This document shows positions 30,177 to 39,518 of a stretch of DNA of 64,000 bases, one piece after another. Origin of the DNA: a bacterium UBP8_UBA817 (GTDB lineage: Bacteria; Margulisbacteria; Marinamargulisbacteria; SXXA01; SICP01); NCBI GenBank assembly GCA_945888435.1, contig CAMCZW010000006.1:2509-66508 (forward strand), written 5' to 3'. Positions within the stretch are counted from its first letter, which is position 1. Each line of letters begins with the position of its first letter. The position numbers and the translations under genes were made by a program. The notes under the pieces are model-generated. The model saw only the letters and a list, made by a program, of their open reading frames with translations. It was not told the DNA's origin and searched no databases.

Positions 30177-31331
30177 ATGCGTCGATACATTACTGAATAT
30201 ATTACAAAAGATCTTGAATCAAAACTGGTATTTATCACAGGCCCTCGCCAATGTGGAAAAACCACGCTTTCCAAGTCATTAATGTCACCATACACCTATC
30301 TTAATTATGACAACTCTGAAGACCGTCAAATCATCTTAAGAAAAACATGGAAACAAAACTCCCCACTCCTCATTTTCGACGAGCTCCATAAACTCAATAA
30401 ATGGAAACAATGGCTTAAAGGAATTTATGATACACAAGACCCATTCCAGCCAATCGTTGTCACAGGCAGTGCCCGATTAAATACATACCGAAAAGCAGGA
30501 GATTCATTAGCAGGAAGATTTTTTCAATTTAGACTTCATCCACTCGATATGAGAGAAATAGTACTCCACACAGACTCCACCCAATCACGAGCACAATTAT
30601 TTGAACAACTTTGGAACTGCAGCCCATTCCCAGAGCCTTTTTTAAAAGGTGATCCCACCTACTACAGGCGGTGGAGAACAAGCCATTTAGATGTCATATT
30701 AAGGCAAGATGTTCAAGATTTAAGCGCAATCCGAGACATTCAACAATTAGAAACACTACTCATACTTCTAAGAGAGCGCATCGGCTCAAATATCTCTGTC
30801 AGAAGCCTAGCGCAAGACCTTCAAAAAGACCCCAATACCATCCGTAAATGGCTAGAAATTCTAGAAGAACTCTATGTTATTTTCAAAGTAACCCCCTATC
30901 ATCGAAATATTGCCCGTGCACTCCTAAAAGAACCCAAATATTATTTCTTTGATTTTTGCCAAGTGACAGACGATGGCGCAAAGTTTGAAAATATGGTCGC
31001 ATGCGCATTACTTAAACATATTCATTTTATTGAAGATACCCAAGGCTACCACATGAATCTCCACTATGCCCGCACCCGCGATGGCAAAGAACTAGATTTT
31101 GTGATTACCAAAGAAACTCAACCCATCGCCTTAATCGAAGTCAAATTATCAGATGACATACCAAGCTCTTCCTTCAAAACGCTGAGTCCATTTTTTAAAA
31201 AAACCACACCCGCAATCAAATGCATCCAAGTGGTTAAAAACCTAACCCATCGCCAAGACTGGCCCTCAGACATCACCGTAATCCCCGCAATCGAGTTTCT
31301 AACAAGCGACCTCACCGAACTCTTAAAGTAA
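30177..31331 (+). CDS. AAA+ ATPase (DUF4143-type)
   Basis: Walker A GPRQCGKTT and Walker B LLIFDELH, with a C-terminal region typical of AAA_14/DUF4143 proteins. The start is ambiguous (30168 or 30177). Confidence 0.75.
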   Translation: MRRYITEYITKDLESKLVFITGPRQCGKTTLSKSLMSPYTYLNYDNSEDRQIILRKTWKQNSPLLIFDELHKLNKWKQWLKGIYDTQDPFQPIVVTGSARLNTYRKAGDSLAGRFFQFRLHPLDMREIVLHTDSTQSRAQLFEQLWNCSPFPEPFLKGDPTYYRRWRTSHLDVILRQDVQDLSAIRDIQQLETLLILLRERIGSNISVRSLAQDLQKDPNTIRKWLEILEELYVIFKVTPYHRNIARALLKEPKYYFFDFCQVTDDGAKFENMVACALLKHIHFIEDTQGYHMNLHYARTRDGKELDFVITKETQPIALIEVKLSDDIPSSSFKTLSPFFKKTTPAIKCIQVVKNLTHRQDWPSDITVIPAIEFLTSDLTELLK

Positions 31332-31403
31332 ATCCCTTTCCAAAAATACATTAATGTAAGAAATATAGGCGCAGTATGCGCAAGATGAACAATTTATTTC
31401 TAA

Positions 31404-31802
31404 CTAGCAAGCAAACCCAAGAAAAATTTTGAAACTATTCTGGAGGGATTTCTACCTGAGCGGGAATTTATTCAAGATGCCTTTGAGATCTCCTATTGTG
31501 ATATTTTACGACTCGCTATTCACAATAAGGAAATCCCAGAACAACCGATTGAAACGATGGTCCCCCATCTCATTTTAGATACCTACTTGATGATTACCCT
31601 TTACTGGATCAAAGACACCTCCAAGAGCTTTACCAACACCACCCAAGTTATCGATATGGCCACTGGAATTATGACAGGCCTTCTAAAAGAAGCGACCCTC
31701 CAAAAAACTCTCGATTTAGGCTATTTCTTGTTTAGAAATCATCTTTTCTCTCATTTCAATTTCGAAAAGGAGGGCCCCTTTCATGGATTTTACTCCCGAT
31801 GA
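31404..31802 (+). pseudogene. TetR-family regulator remnant (C-terminal ligand domain only, no HTH)
   Basis: The frame is open only from the stop at 31401-31403. The translation ..FLPEREFIQDAFEISYCDILRLAIH..LILDTYLMITLYWIKD.. looks like a TetR C-terminal domain. The N-terminal HTH is missing and a repeat fragment (31368-31400) sits at the break. Confidence 0.5.
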
Positions 31803-32602
31803 TCTACCCCTCTCTAAATCAAAACGACTAGGAATTCTTGCCAAATCAGCACTCAGGCTTGCGTCCAAGCACAGCTCACATCGTGCTTCTAAAGCCCTTG
31901 GACTTTCGTCTAAGGAGGACTCACTTCATCTCACAGAAGTCGCACAAGAAGCCTTCAAGACTCTCACCAGATTACGGGGGACGGCGCTAAAAGCGGCGCA
32001 ACTTTTGAGCCAGGAAACGCCCTTTAGAAGCTTGGTTGGAGACCAACCCATCCCAATCTCAACGAGATCATATCGGACAACTCATTTGGGATTTTTTTGT
32101 GACCCATTTCATTCAAAATGGGGTATTCCATGCCGATCCTAATCCTGGAAATTATTTAGTTTTATCCGATGATCGTTTGGGTGTAGTCGATTTCGGGTGT
32201 ATCAAAACGGTCGCTCCCACCTTTCCCCAACAATTACAGACGCTTTTTTGCGCACATCTGGCGCACAATAAGGATCTTACTCGAGAAATTTACGCTCAAT
32301 TAGGGGTCATTCCCAAGGTCATTCTAGAAGATTCTCAAAAATTTGACTCTGCTATTGCGCCTTTTCAGTCTTGGATCATCTTACCCTTCCAGTCTCAATA
32401 CTTTGACTTTGGCCAGCACCCCAACTATATCGGCTCTCGACTTATGGACAGCCTCCAATCCGCAATGACCGCTATGGATAATACGACTTCAGATTTTGTA
32501 ATGTTCGATCGAACTTATATTGGAATTTTAAGCTTACTGATCAAACTTAAGGCCCGCGTGAAGATGCAGGCATTGCTCGACGCTGCAGCACCGACCCCTT
32601 AG
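31783..32602 (+). pseudogene. ABC1/UbiB-family kinase remnant (frameshift plus large internal deletion)
   Basis: Two overlapping frames (31783-32142 and 32036-32602). The first carries LRGTALKAAQLLSQE (ABC1 N-terminal motif) and the second GVFHADPNPGNYLV..VVDFG (catalytic loop and DFG). About 200 aa normally lying between them are absent. Confidence 0.7.
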
Positions 32603-32643
32603 TTAAAAGGGATTTATCCTAAATTTAACAGAAACCCCTCTCC

Positions 32644-32753
32644 AAAGATTGGGCTAGTATGCGTAAGATGTGTAATTTCTCGCGAAGGGAGTTTATATAT
32701 AATAAATGACCGTAGCGAAAATTGTACAGATTGCGTATAATAGCCCAATCTTT
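32644..32753. repeat. long imperfect palindromic element, family B, intergenic copy
   Basis: The arms AAAGATTGGGCTAGTATGCG.. and ..CGTATAATAGCCCAATCTTT are reverse complements. The core ATTTCTCGCGAAGGGAGTTTAT..ATAAATGACCGTAGCGAAAAT is shared with 37381-37491. It ends 3 nt before tRNA-His. Confidence 0.8.
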
Positions 32754-32756
32754 AGT

Positions 32757-32833
32757 GGTGGACGTAGCTCAGTCGGTAGAGCACCGGATTGTGGTTCCGG
32801 TTGTCGTGGGTTCAATCCCCATCGTTCACCCCA
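32757..32833 (+). tRNA. tRNA-His (anticodon GTG) with encoded G-1 and CCA
   Basis: Hand-folded. Acceptor GTGGACG/CGTTCAC, D arm GCTC-AGTCGGTA-GAGC, anticodon arm CCGGA-TTGTGGT-TCCGG, variable TTGTC, T arm GTGGG-TTCAATC-CCCAT. G at -1 lies opposite C73 and CCA follows. Confidence 0.93.
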
Positions 32834-32864
32834 TTTCACTCCTCCCTAATATGGCAAACTTTCA

Positions 32865-33680
32865 ATGACATTAAAACAGATTGCAATAAGCCTACTCCTC
32901 TTATCAAACACCCTATCGGCACTCACCATCGGCAGCAAAGAAAGCGCCGTCATCAAAGCACTTGGCCCCCCTCCAAAACGACTCATGGGTCCCATGGGCG
33001 AAACTTGGGTATACGGAAATTACCATCTCGTCATGATTCAAGGTCAACTTGAAGGCTACGATAACCGGGATGCATTCAAGATTACGATGCCTCATAAACA
33101 TAATTCAAAAATCACTTCCCTCACACAAAATTCAACCAAAGCTGATGTTGTGAGTATTTTAGGAATCCCTGACAAAATAGACCATCACCTCACCTACGAA
33201 CGCTGGTGGTACAACGGCGAAGTTATCGAATTTATCGAAAGTCATATTTATAATATCTCTAATACCAAAGCGCTCAAATTTGTCTTCAAACTAACTCCAA
33301 ATATGAGAAAAAGAAAAATGAGCGAAACCACTACCAACGAGATTATTGCCAAATATGGTACCCCAAGCACCTACCGCAGAGGATTTAATACGGACACCTG
33401 GTATTATGAAAACCAATTTTTCATCGTCCAAAACGACATCATTACCTACAAAGAGACATGGGAACCTTGGCAAGCCAAACGGCGTCAGCAGGAGCATAAA
33501 ACTGATTTCTCCACGACCGAAATTAATAAAAATCTCCGGGTAACTCCTCAGGATTCTAAACGCAAAGATATGTTCCCAGAACCAGGAATTGATCCTACCA
33601 TTCGTGACAAATCAGATCACGAAATCAACTATTATTATGATTCCAGAGAAAAACCACCAGAAGACAATGAAGCCGAGTAA
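32865..33680 (+). CDS. secreted protein with three BamE/SmpA-OmlA-like repeats
   Basis: Signal peptide MTLKQIAISLLLLSNTLSA. Three repeats follow the pattern x-(I/V)-x-x-LG-P..W-Y (AVIKALGPP..TWVYGNY, VVSILGIPD..RWWYNG, IIAKYGTPS..TWYYEN). Confidence 0.6.
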   Translation: MTLKQIAISLLLLSNTLSALTIGSKESAVIKALGPPPKRLMGPMGETWVYGNYHLVMIQGQLEGYDNRDAFKITMPHKHNSKITSLTQNSTKADVVSILGIPDKIDHHLTYERWWYNGEVIEFIESHIYNISNTKALKFVFKLTPNMRKRKMSETTTNEIIAKYGTPSTYRRGFNTDTWYYENQFFIVQNDIITYKETWEPWQAKRRQQEHKTDFSTTEINKNLRVTPQDSKRKDMFPEPGIDPTIRDKSDHEINYYYDSREKPPEDNEAE

Positions 33681-33697
33681 ATGATAAACTTTTGAAA

Positions 33698-34222
33698 ATG
33701 GTTAGCAAAAACACCCTATTTAAAAGCGGTCTCACTCTCATCTTTATGATATGGCTAAGCTATATATCGCTAGGCCATCAACTTGATACCTACTATCAAG
33801 CGGTACAATCGCAATTAGGCCATGTCGAAACTCAACTGAGAAACGAAACCGTCTTTTCCAAACGCATCATCAATATTGTGGGCCCATCACCCCTCACCAA
33901 AAAAATGGAATTCGGCATCAACCTATTCAACAACGCGCCAACAATCGACACCTCCATTGATGCCATCAAAAACCACCATCAAATCCTCTCCCAATTTCTA
34001 GGCACACTAGATCCCAAAACCTTGGACGAAAGAGTCATCGCCGCAGACATCAAGCCCCTCTTCGACCACAATACCAAACGCCTTGAAGATGAATGGTCAG
34101 CTCTCTACGGGTCCATCACTTGGTACAACCAAAAACTTACCCAGTTTCCCTACACTATCTATCTTAAATTCTCACCAAGAACTCCGCTCCCCATCATCCC
34201 CGCATCGCTTTCAGCTAAATAA
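33698..34222 (+). CDS. LemA-family membrane protein
   Basis: N-terminal TM helix. The C-terminal WYNQKLTQFPYTIYLKF matches the LemA YN..i..FP motif. The track start at 33692 is a TTG. Confidence 0.55.
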   Translation: MVSKNTLFKSGLTLIFMIWLSYISLGHQLDTYYQAVQSQLGHVETQLRNETVFSKRIINIVGPSPLTKKMEFGINLFNNAPTIDTSIDAIKNHHQILSQFLGTLDPKTLDERVIAADIKPLFDHNTKRLEDEWSALYGSITWYNQKLTQFPYTIYLKFSPRTPLPIIPASLSAK

Positions 34223-35043
34223 TGCCGTCCAATCAAAAAATCGGCTTCATCGGCATGGGTAAAATGGCCACCGCCATCGCACAAGGCTTATTAAGCACTA
34301 AAACAGTCCCCTCAAGCGCCATCTACTTCTATGAAAGAACCCCAGAAAGTGCCACTCAAACAGCCCAAACTCTCGGCATTATCCCCGTTCAAGACATCTC
34401 AACTCTCATCCAAAAATCTGATGTCGTATTTTTATGCGTCAAACCCCAAAATCTCACAGATATTAGCCATCAAGTATCCCCTTTTCCACCAAACAAAATA
34501 CTCATCTCCATCTTGGCCGGCATTTCGCTCTCAACTCTCGCACAAAAATGTCAGGCCCAAGGCCCCATCATTCGCCTCATGCCCAATACTCCCGCCGTCT
34601 TAAAAAAGGGCATCACCGCTATTTGCACAAATAAAGTTACCCCACCCACCACCACACAAGCCATCCAAACTCTTCTTAATTCCATCGGAGAAACGCTTAT
34701 CGTGGACGAATCCCAAATGGACATCATCACCGCCATCAGTGGAAGCGGCCCTGCCTTCATGGTCCAAATTGCCTCCGACATCGCCAAAACCGGTGTTGCG
34801 GCAGGTCTCTCAGAAGCCCAAGCCATTCGTCTCATTGCCCAAACCATGATCGGGGCAGGACATATGCTTCTCCAAAGTAATACGTCACCAGAAACCTTAA
34901 TCCAAGAAGTGTCCTCCAAAGGCGGTACCACTGTCGCCGGATTAACCCAATATCAAGATCAAAAAATAGGTCAATCTATGACCCAAGTCATCCAAGCCGC
35001 ATACCAGCGTGCAATAGAGCTTAATCAAGAGTCCTCAAAATAA
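34222..35043 (+). CDS. proC: pyrroline-5-carboxylate reductase
   Basis: 273 aa with IGFIGMGKMATAI Rossmann motif and SKGGTT. Confidence 0.92.
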   Translation: MPSNQKIGFIGMGKMATAIAQGLLSTKTVPSSAIYFYERTPESATQTAQTLGIIPVQDISTLIQKSDVVFLCVKPQNLTDISHQVSPFPPNKILISILAGISLSTLAQKCQAQGPIIRLMPNTPAVLKKGITAICTNKVTPPTTTQAIQTLLNSIGETLIVDESQMDIITAISGSGPAFMVQIASDIAKTGVAAGLSEAQAIRLIAQTMIGAGHMLLQSNTSPETLIQEVSSKGGTTVAGLTQYQDQKIGQSMTQVIQAAYQRAIELNQESSK

Positions 35044-35070
35044 ACTAAGTTTTGTGCTAAGATAAGCAAC

Positions 35071-35331
35071 ATGGCATCAATTTACCTTTATAAAATTTTT
35101 GATTTAGTCTTTCAAGCCATCTATATTGCCATGCTCGTTCGCATCCTTTTATCTTGGTTTCCGCATGATCCTTATCATCCAGTATTATCCATTATCTATC
35201 GCATCACAGACCCTATTCTAATTCCATTTAGAAACATGATTCCCCCCATCGGCGGATTCGACATTTCTCCTATTTTTGCCTTCATGGCGCTCGGGCTTAT
35301 CAAAAAACTGTTTTACTACTTTTTATTCTAA
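35071..35331 (+). CDS. yggT: YggT-family membrane protein
   Basis: 86 aa with LLSWFP..ITDPILIPFRNMIPPIGGFDISPI. Confidence 0.85.
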   Translation: MASIYLYKIFDLVFQAIYIAMLVRILLSWFPHDPYHPVLSIIYRITDPILIPFRNMIPPIGGFDISPIFAFMALGLIKKLFYYFLF

Positions 35332-35604
35332 GTGAAACATTTCATCACATTTAAAATCATTCCAAATTCACCAAAAACCAAGGTGAAGGCTGTGATGTGC
35401 AACCAAAGTGTCAAAATTGCCCTCAAAGCAGAACCCGAAGAAAATAAGGAAAATCAAGCGTTACTCAGATATTTAAGCGATATTTTGTATATTCCAATCA
35501 GCCACATCATCATCCAAACCGGCGAAACCAGTAAACAGAAACTCATATCGATTAAAGGGCTTCCCTATGACACCATCATCAGAAGAATCACTAACGCTAT
35601 TTGA
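35332..35604 (+). CDS. DUF167 (YggU-like) protein
   Basis: 90 aa with a GTG start directly after the yggT stop codon. KIALKAEPEENKENQALLRYLS..GETSKQKLISIKG fits the YggU pattern. Confidence 0.7.
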   Translation: MKHFITFKIIPNSPKTKVKAVMCNQSVKIALKAEPEENKENQALLRYLSDILYIPISHIIIQTGETSKQKLISIKGLPYDTIIRRITNAI

Positions 35605-36838
35605 GTTAAATCAAAACCCACCAGCAAAACCCTCTAACCGCGAAACCCCATCACGCCCATCGGCTCCTTTGGCTCATCTCATGGCGCCAAAAACAATGGA
35701 TCAGTTTATCGGTCAGGATCACCTCTTAGGAGAAGGGAAACCACTGCGTGAATGGATTCGATCCAAAAAAATGCAATCCATCCTCCTATGGGGTCCTCCA
35801 GGATGCGGGAAAACCGCCCTCTCCAAACTCATGACCTCCCAAATGAATGCCAACTACGTAGCACTCAATGCGGTCACCGCTAAAATCGCAGACATCAAAG
35901 CCACCATCGATAACGCAGAGGCCTATGCCAAATTAGGCAGTCGCACCATTGTGTTTATCGACGAAATCCACCGTTTCACCAAAGTCCAGCAAGACGCACT
36001 CCTCCCCGACGTCGAAAGCGGACTCCTCACACTCATCGGGGCTACTACAGAAAACCCCTATTTTTCACTCACCAAAGCCCTATTATCTCGCCTACATCTC
36101 TTTCAACTCACGCCACTCACGTCACCCCAACTTAAAAGTATCATTCAAAATGCACTCACTCACCTTAATCCAAGCGCCCCACCCACACTCAGTCCCCATG
36201 CCCAGTCCGCGTTAATCGCCCAAGCCAATGGCGATGCCCGCAAAACCATTTCATTAATTGAAGCGGCCTACCAAATCAGCCCAGATAAACAGCATTTATC
36301 AGAAGAAACTCTCCAATCCATCCTCCAACAAAAAGGCATTGGTCACGATGAAGAAGATCACTACAACATCATCTCCGCCTTCATCAAAAGCATGAGAGGC
36401 TCTGACGCCAATGCCTCAATCTACTGGCTAGCCCGCCTCATCCACGGTGGAGAGCCACCAGAATTCATCGCAAGACGCATGGTCATCTTCGCATCAGAAG
36501 ACATCGGAAACGCAGACCCATCTGCCCTCACACTCGCCACATCCACCCTCGTCGCCGTCAAAAAAATCGGTATGCCAGAATCCCGGATCATCCTCGCCCA
36601 AGCCGCCACCTACTTAGCTACGGCCCCAAAAAGCAATGCCAGCTACATCGCCATCGACGAAGCAATCTCCGCTATCACTAACGGAACCATCTACGACGTC
36701 CCCAACCACCTCAAAAGCAGCAACTACCATTACAAATACCCCCATGACTATCCCAACGCCCAAGTCCAACAAGACTATCTCCCACACCCCCACCACTTCT
36801 ATCGTCCTAAATTCACTGGAGAGAGTAAATCACTATGA
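35567..36838 (+). CDS. rarA: replication-associated recombination protein A (AAA+)
   Basis: 423 aa with [17 protein letters not shown], Walker [10 protein letters not shown] and VFIDEIHRF. Confidence 0.92.
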   Translation: MTPSSEESLTLFELNQNPPAKPSNRETPSRPSAPLAHLMAPKTMDQFIGQDHLLGEGKPLREWIRSKKMQSILLWGPPGCGKTALSKLMTSQMNANYVALNAVTAKIADIKATIDNAEAYAKLGSRTIVFIDEIHRFTKVQQDALLPDVESGLLTLIGATTENPYFSLTKALLSRLHLFQLTPLTSPQLKSIIQNALTHLNPSAPPTLSPHAQSALIAQANGDARKTISLIEAAYQISPDKQHLSEETLQSILQQKGIGHDEEDHYNIISAFIKSMRGSDANASIYWLARLIHGGEPPEFIARRMVIFASEDIGNADPSALTLATSTLVAVKKIGMPESRIILAQAATYLATAPKSNASYIAIDEAISAITNGTIYDVPNHLKSSNYHYKYPHDYPNAQVQQDYLPHPHHFYRPKFTGESKSL

Positions 36839-36848
36839 TTGATCTAGC

Positions 36849-36943
36849 GTTAACACTCATCCCCCTTACCCCTTCTCTGTTCCAAAGAAGGGGAGATAAA
36901 AGCCCCTCTTTGTTCACAGAGAGGGGTTGGGGTGAGTGTTATC
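36849..36943. repeat. MITE-like nested palindromic element, family A, copy 2 (short)
   Basis: GTTAACACTCATCCCC..CCTTCTCTGTTCCAAAGAAGGGG..CCCCTCTTTGTTCACAGAGAGGGG..GGGGTGAGTGTTATC. It lies between rarA and tsaD. Confidence 0.8.
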
Positions 36944-36971
36944 TTCATAAAGACGATTTTAGGAAATTCTC

Positions 36972-38129
36972 ATGAGAATCCTAGCTATCGAAACATCGTG
37001 TGATGAAACGGCTGCGGCTGTAGTCACTGACGGACACACAATCGAGTCCAACATCGTCCATTCTCAAATCAAAGCGCATAAAAAATTCGGCGGTGTCGTC
37101 CCAGAACTCGCCTCCAGAATGCATGCTGAAATCATCAACAAAATCATCACTTTATCGCTTAAAAAGGCCAAGGTGACGTTTAAAGATTTAGACGCCATCG
37201 CCGTCACCCAAGGACCTGGATTAGAAGGCGCACTTCTCATCGGGCAAACCGCCGCCAAAACCCTCGCCAAAGCCCTTAACATCCCCCTCATCCCCGTCCA
37301 TCACATCCACGGCCATATCTACTCAAGCTTCCTTCCGACCCCCCCAGAAAACAACGAAAATGGATGTACCCAGGTTGTTTCAAAAGAGATGAGATTGGAT
37401 ATTTCTCACGAAAGGAGTTTATCGAGGAGCGGAGGCCTCAGCCGTAGCGGTATAAATGACTGTAGTGAAAATATTCAAGATCGCTCTTTTGGAGCAACCC
37501 CTCCATTTCCATTTCTCTCTCTAATCGTTTCGGGAGGCCACACCCAACTCGTTCACGCCAAAGACCATTTCGATTTTGAAATCATCAGCCAAACCAGAGA
37601 TGATGCTGTCGGCGAATGCTTCGACAAAGTGGCCAGAACACTCGGTCTCAGTTATCCAGGAGGCCCCGCCATCCAAGAGGCCGCCATTGGTGGTAATCCT
37701 AAAGCCTTCCCGCTCCCAAAACCCATGAGCAAAAACGGATACGAGTTCAGCTTCTCTGGCCTCAAAACCGCTGTCATCCAAACCATCAAGCCACTCACGC
37801 TAACACCTCAAATCGTCCAGGACATCGCGGCCAGCTTTCAACAAACCGTCGTCGACATCCTAGTCCAAAAAACACTCCTAGCCGCCAAAACCCTAAACAT
37901 CACCACCATCACCCTGGCAGGCGGCGTCAGCGCCAACACCGCCCTCAGAACCGCCTTCCAGCAACTCGCACCCACCCACAATCTCACCGTCATCATCCCA
38001 CCAATGATCTACACCACCGACAACGCCGCCATGATCGCCACAGCCGCCCACTACCAATGCCAGTACTGCCCCAACACCTCTCCAATATTCGCCGCCACTC
38101 CCAACCTCCCACTCTCCCATCCAAAATGA
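36972..38129 (+). CDS. tsaD: tRNA N6-adenosine threonylcarbamoyltransferase with a ~48-aa internal insertion
   Basis: ETSCDET, HHIHGH, SGGHTQL and TTDNAAMIA. The protein is 385 aa, against roughly 340 as I recall for typical TsaD. The extra residues lie between HxxGH and FPF. Confidence 0.92.
   Translation: MRILAIETSCDETAAAVVTDGHTIESNIVHSQIKAHKKFGGVVPELASRMHAEIINKIITLSLKKAKVTFKDLDAIAVTQGPGLEGALLIGQTAAKTLAKALNIPLIPVHHIHGHIYSSFLPTPPENNENGCTQVVSKEMRLDISHERSLSRSGGLSRSGINDCSENIQDRSFGATPPFPFLSLIVSGGHTQLVHAKDHFDFEIISQTRDDAVGECFDKVARTLGLSYPGGPAIQEAAIGGNPKAFPLPKPMSKNGYEFSFSGLKTAVIQTIKPLTLTPQIVQDIAASFQQTVVDILVQKTLLAAKTLNITTITLAGGVSANTALRTAFQQLAPTHNLTVIIPPMIYTTDNAAMIATAAHYQCQYCPNTSPIFAATPNLPLSHPK
37381..37491. 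repeat. family B palindromic element inserted in frame inside tsaD
   Basis: The 111-bp (37-codon) imperfect palindrome CAAAAGAG..CTCTTTTG has the core ATTTCTCACGAAAGGAGTTTAT..ATAAATGACTGTAGTGAAAAT, matching the intergenic copy at 32675-32722. Confidence 0.8.
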
Positions 38130-39466
38130 AGCTCATCCAACGAATCGCACTGAAACAAACCCAAACCCTCAAACAAATCTTGTCTCCCAAGATGATCCAA
38201 AGCCTAAAAACCATGCAACTAAGCATTCCAGATCTCCTCTCCCATATCGAAACAGAATCCAAAGATAATCCGTTCCTAGAAGTCACCCCCTCAAACGCGC
38301 CCTATTATCTCCCATCAAAATCAACGCAACACGCAGGCGACGACAATCCCGACTTTCTAGACTATGCCAGTCAATTTGATCACTGCGGCAATATCATCGA
38401 CTTCGTCAACGCCCAGATCGATCTCGAACACCTCACAGAAAAAGACCAATCCATCGCATTCGACATCACAGAACACCTCGATCAAAGAGGCTACTTACCC
38501 CAATTTGATACCCTCAGAAAACAACTCGCCGAAAAGCATACCGTCCAGGAACGTAAAATCAACGATATCCTCCACATCATCCAAAGCATGGAACCCGACG
38601 GCATCGGCGCAAGATCCCTCAAAGAATGCCTCATTTTACAAGTTGAACACTATCAATTTGATACCGACGATCTCCAAGATCTCCTCACCCAACTCATCAA
38701 AAACCACCTCGATACCCTGGCCGAAAAAAAATACAAAAAAATCGCAGACACCATGGATATCGAAGAAGAAGACGTCATCGCCATGCATACATTCATTAGG
38801 GAAAACCTCACCCCAAATCCAGGCGCAATTTTCTCAAGCAGCCCTGCCAACACCAATGCCCACATCATCCCATCCTTCAAGGTCAGAGTCTCCGAAACGG
38901 ACCAAATTATCCTAGAAAATCTAGAAGAACAAACCGGCCCCAAAATTAATCTCGTTCATCAAGAAGAGGCCTTAAACTCACCAACACTCGACGACGAAAC
39001 ACGCCAATTTTTAAAAGAAAGACTCCAAAAAGCAAAAGACTTAATCGATGCTTACCAAACCCGTCTCCAAAACCTCAATAGTCTCATCAAAACCATCATC
39101 ACACGGCAGGACCCCTTTGTCAGAAAAGGCCTGATCTACCTAGAACCCCTCCTCCAAAAAGAAATTGCAGCAGCGCTCAATCTCTCCCACTCCACAATCT
39201 CAAGAATCGTCTCCTCCAAATTCATCGACACCGCTTATGGCATTTTTCCACTCAAACAACTCTGTCCCCGCAGTATTTCAGGAAAAACCGCCCATCGTCT
39301 CAAGCTCATTATCCAAGAAATTGCAGATCAATTCCCCAACTACTCCGACGACCAAATCCGCCACTATTTAAACAAAATCGGCATCACCATCGCCAGAAGA
39401 ACTGTGACTAAATACCGCCTCGCATCAAATACGCAAGCAAGTTATTATCGAAAATCTCCGATATAA
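38126..39466 (+). CDS. rpoN: RNA polymerase sigma-54 factor
   Basis: The true start is the ATG at 38126, overlapping the tsaD stop codon (ATGA). N-terminal MKLIQRIALKQTQTLKQILSPKMIQSLKTMQLS..NPFLE and RpoN box ARRTVTKYR. Confidence 0.9.
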   Translation: MKLIQRIALKQTQTLKQILSPKMIQSLKTMQLSIPDLLSHIETESKDNPFLEVTPSNAPYYLPSKSTQHAGDDNPDFLDYASQFDHCGNIIDFVNAQIDLEHLTEKDQSIAFDITEHLDQRGYLPQFDTLRKQLAEKHTVQERKINDILHIIQSMEPDGIGARSLKECLILQVEHYQFDTDDLQDLLTQLIKNHLDTLAEKKYKKIADTMDIEEEDVIAMHTFIRENLTPNPGAIFSSSPANTNAHIIPSFKVRVSETDQIILENLEEQTGPKINLVHQEEALNSPTLDDETRQFLKERLQKAKDLIDAYQTRLQNLNSLIKTIITRQDPFVRKGLIYLEPLLQKEIAAALNLSHSTISRIVSSKFIDTAYGIFPLKQLCPRSISGKTAHRLKLIIQEIADQFPNYSDDQIRHYLNKIGITIARRTVTKYRLASNTQASYYRKSPI

Positions 39467-39467
39467 T
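39462..39467 (+). promoter_or_regulatory. possible -10 box (TATAAT) for the downstream block
   Basis: A perfect TATAAT overlaps the rpoN stop codon, 52 nt before the ATG at 39519. The -35 region (AAGTTA) is poor. Confidence 0.2.
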
Positions 39468-39518
39468 CAAAAAGCATTAATACGTTACCTCTTTGAAAAA
39501 AGAAGGAAAAAAACTAGA

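Noticed and set aside
38364-38915. 183-aa Ser/Pro/Thr/Lys-rich ORF inside rpoN. Similar alternative-frame ORFs occur at 35949-36215, 36636-36842, 34331-34603, 14246-14548 and 60186-60539.
   Set aside because: It is an alternative frame of a gene with unmistakable sigma-54 motifs. The P/S/T/K-rich composition is what an A/C-rich coding strand yields out of frame.
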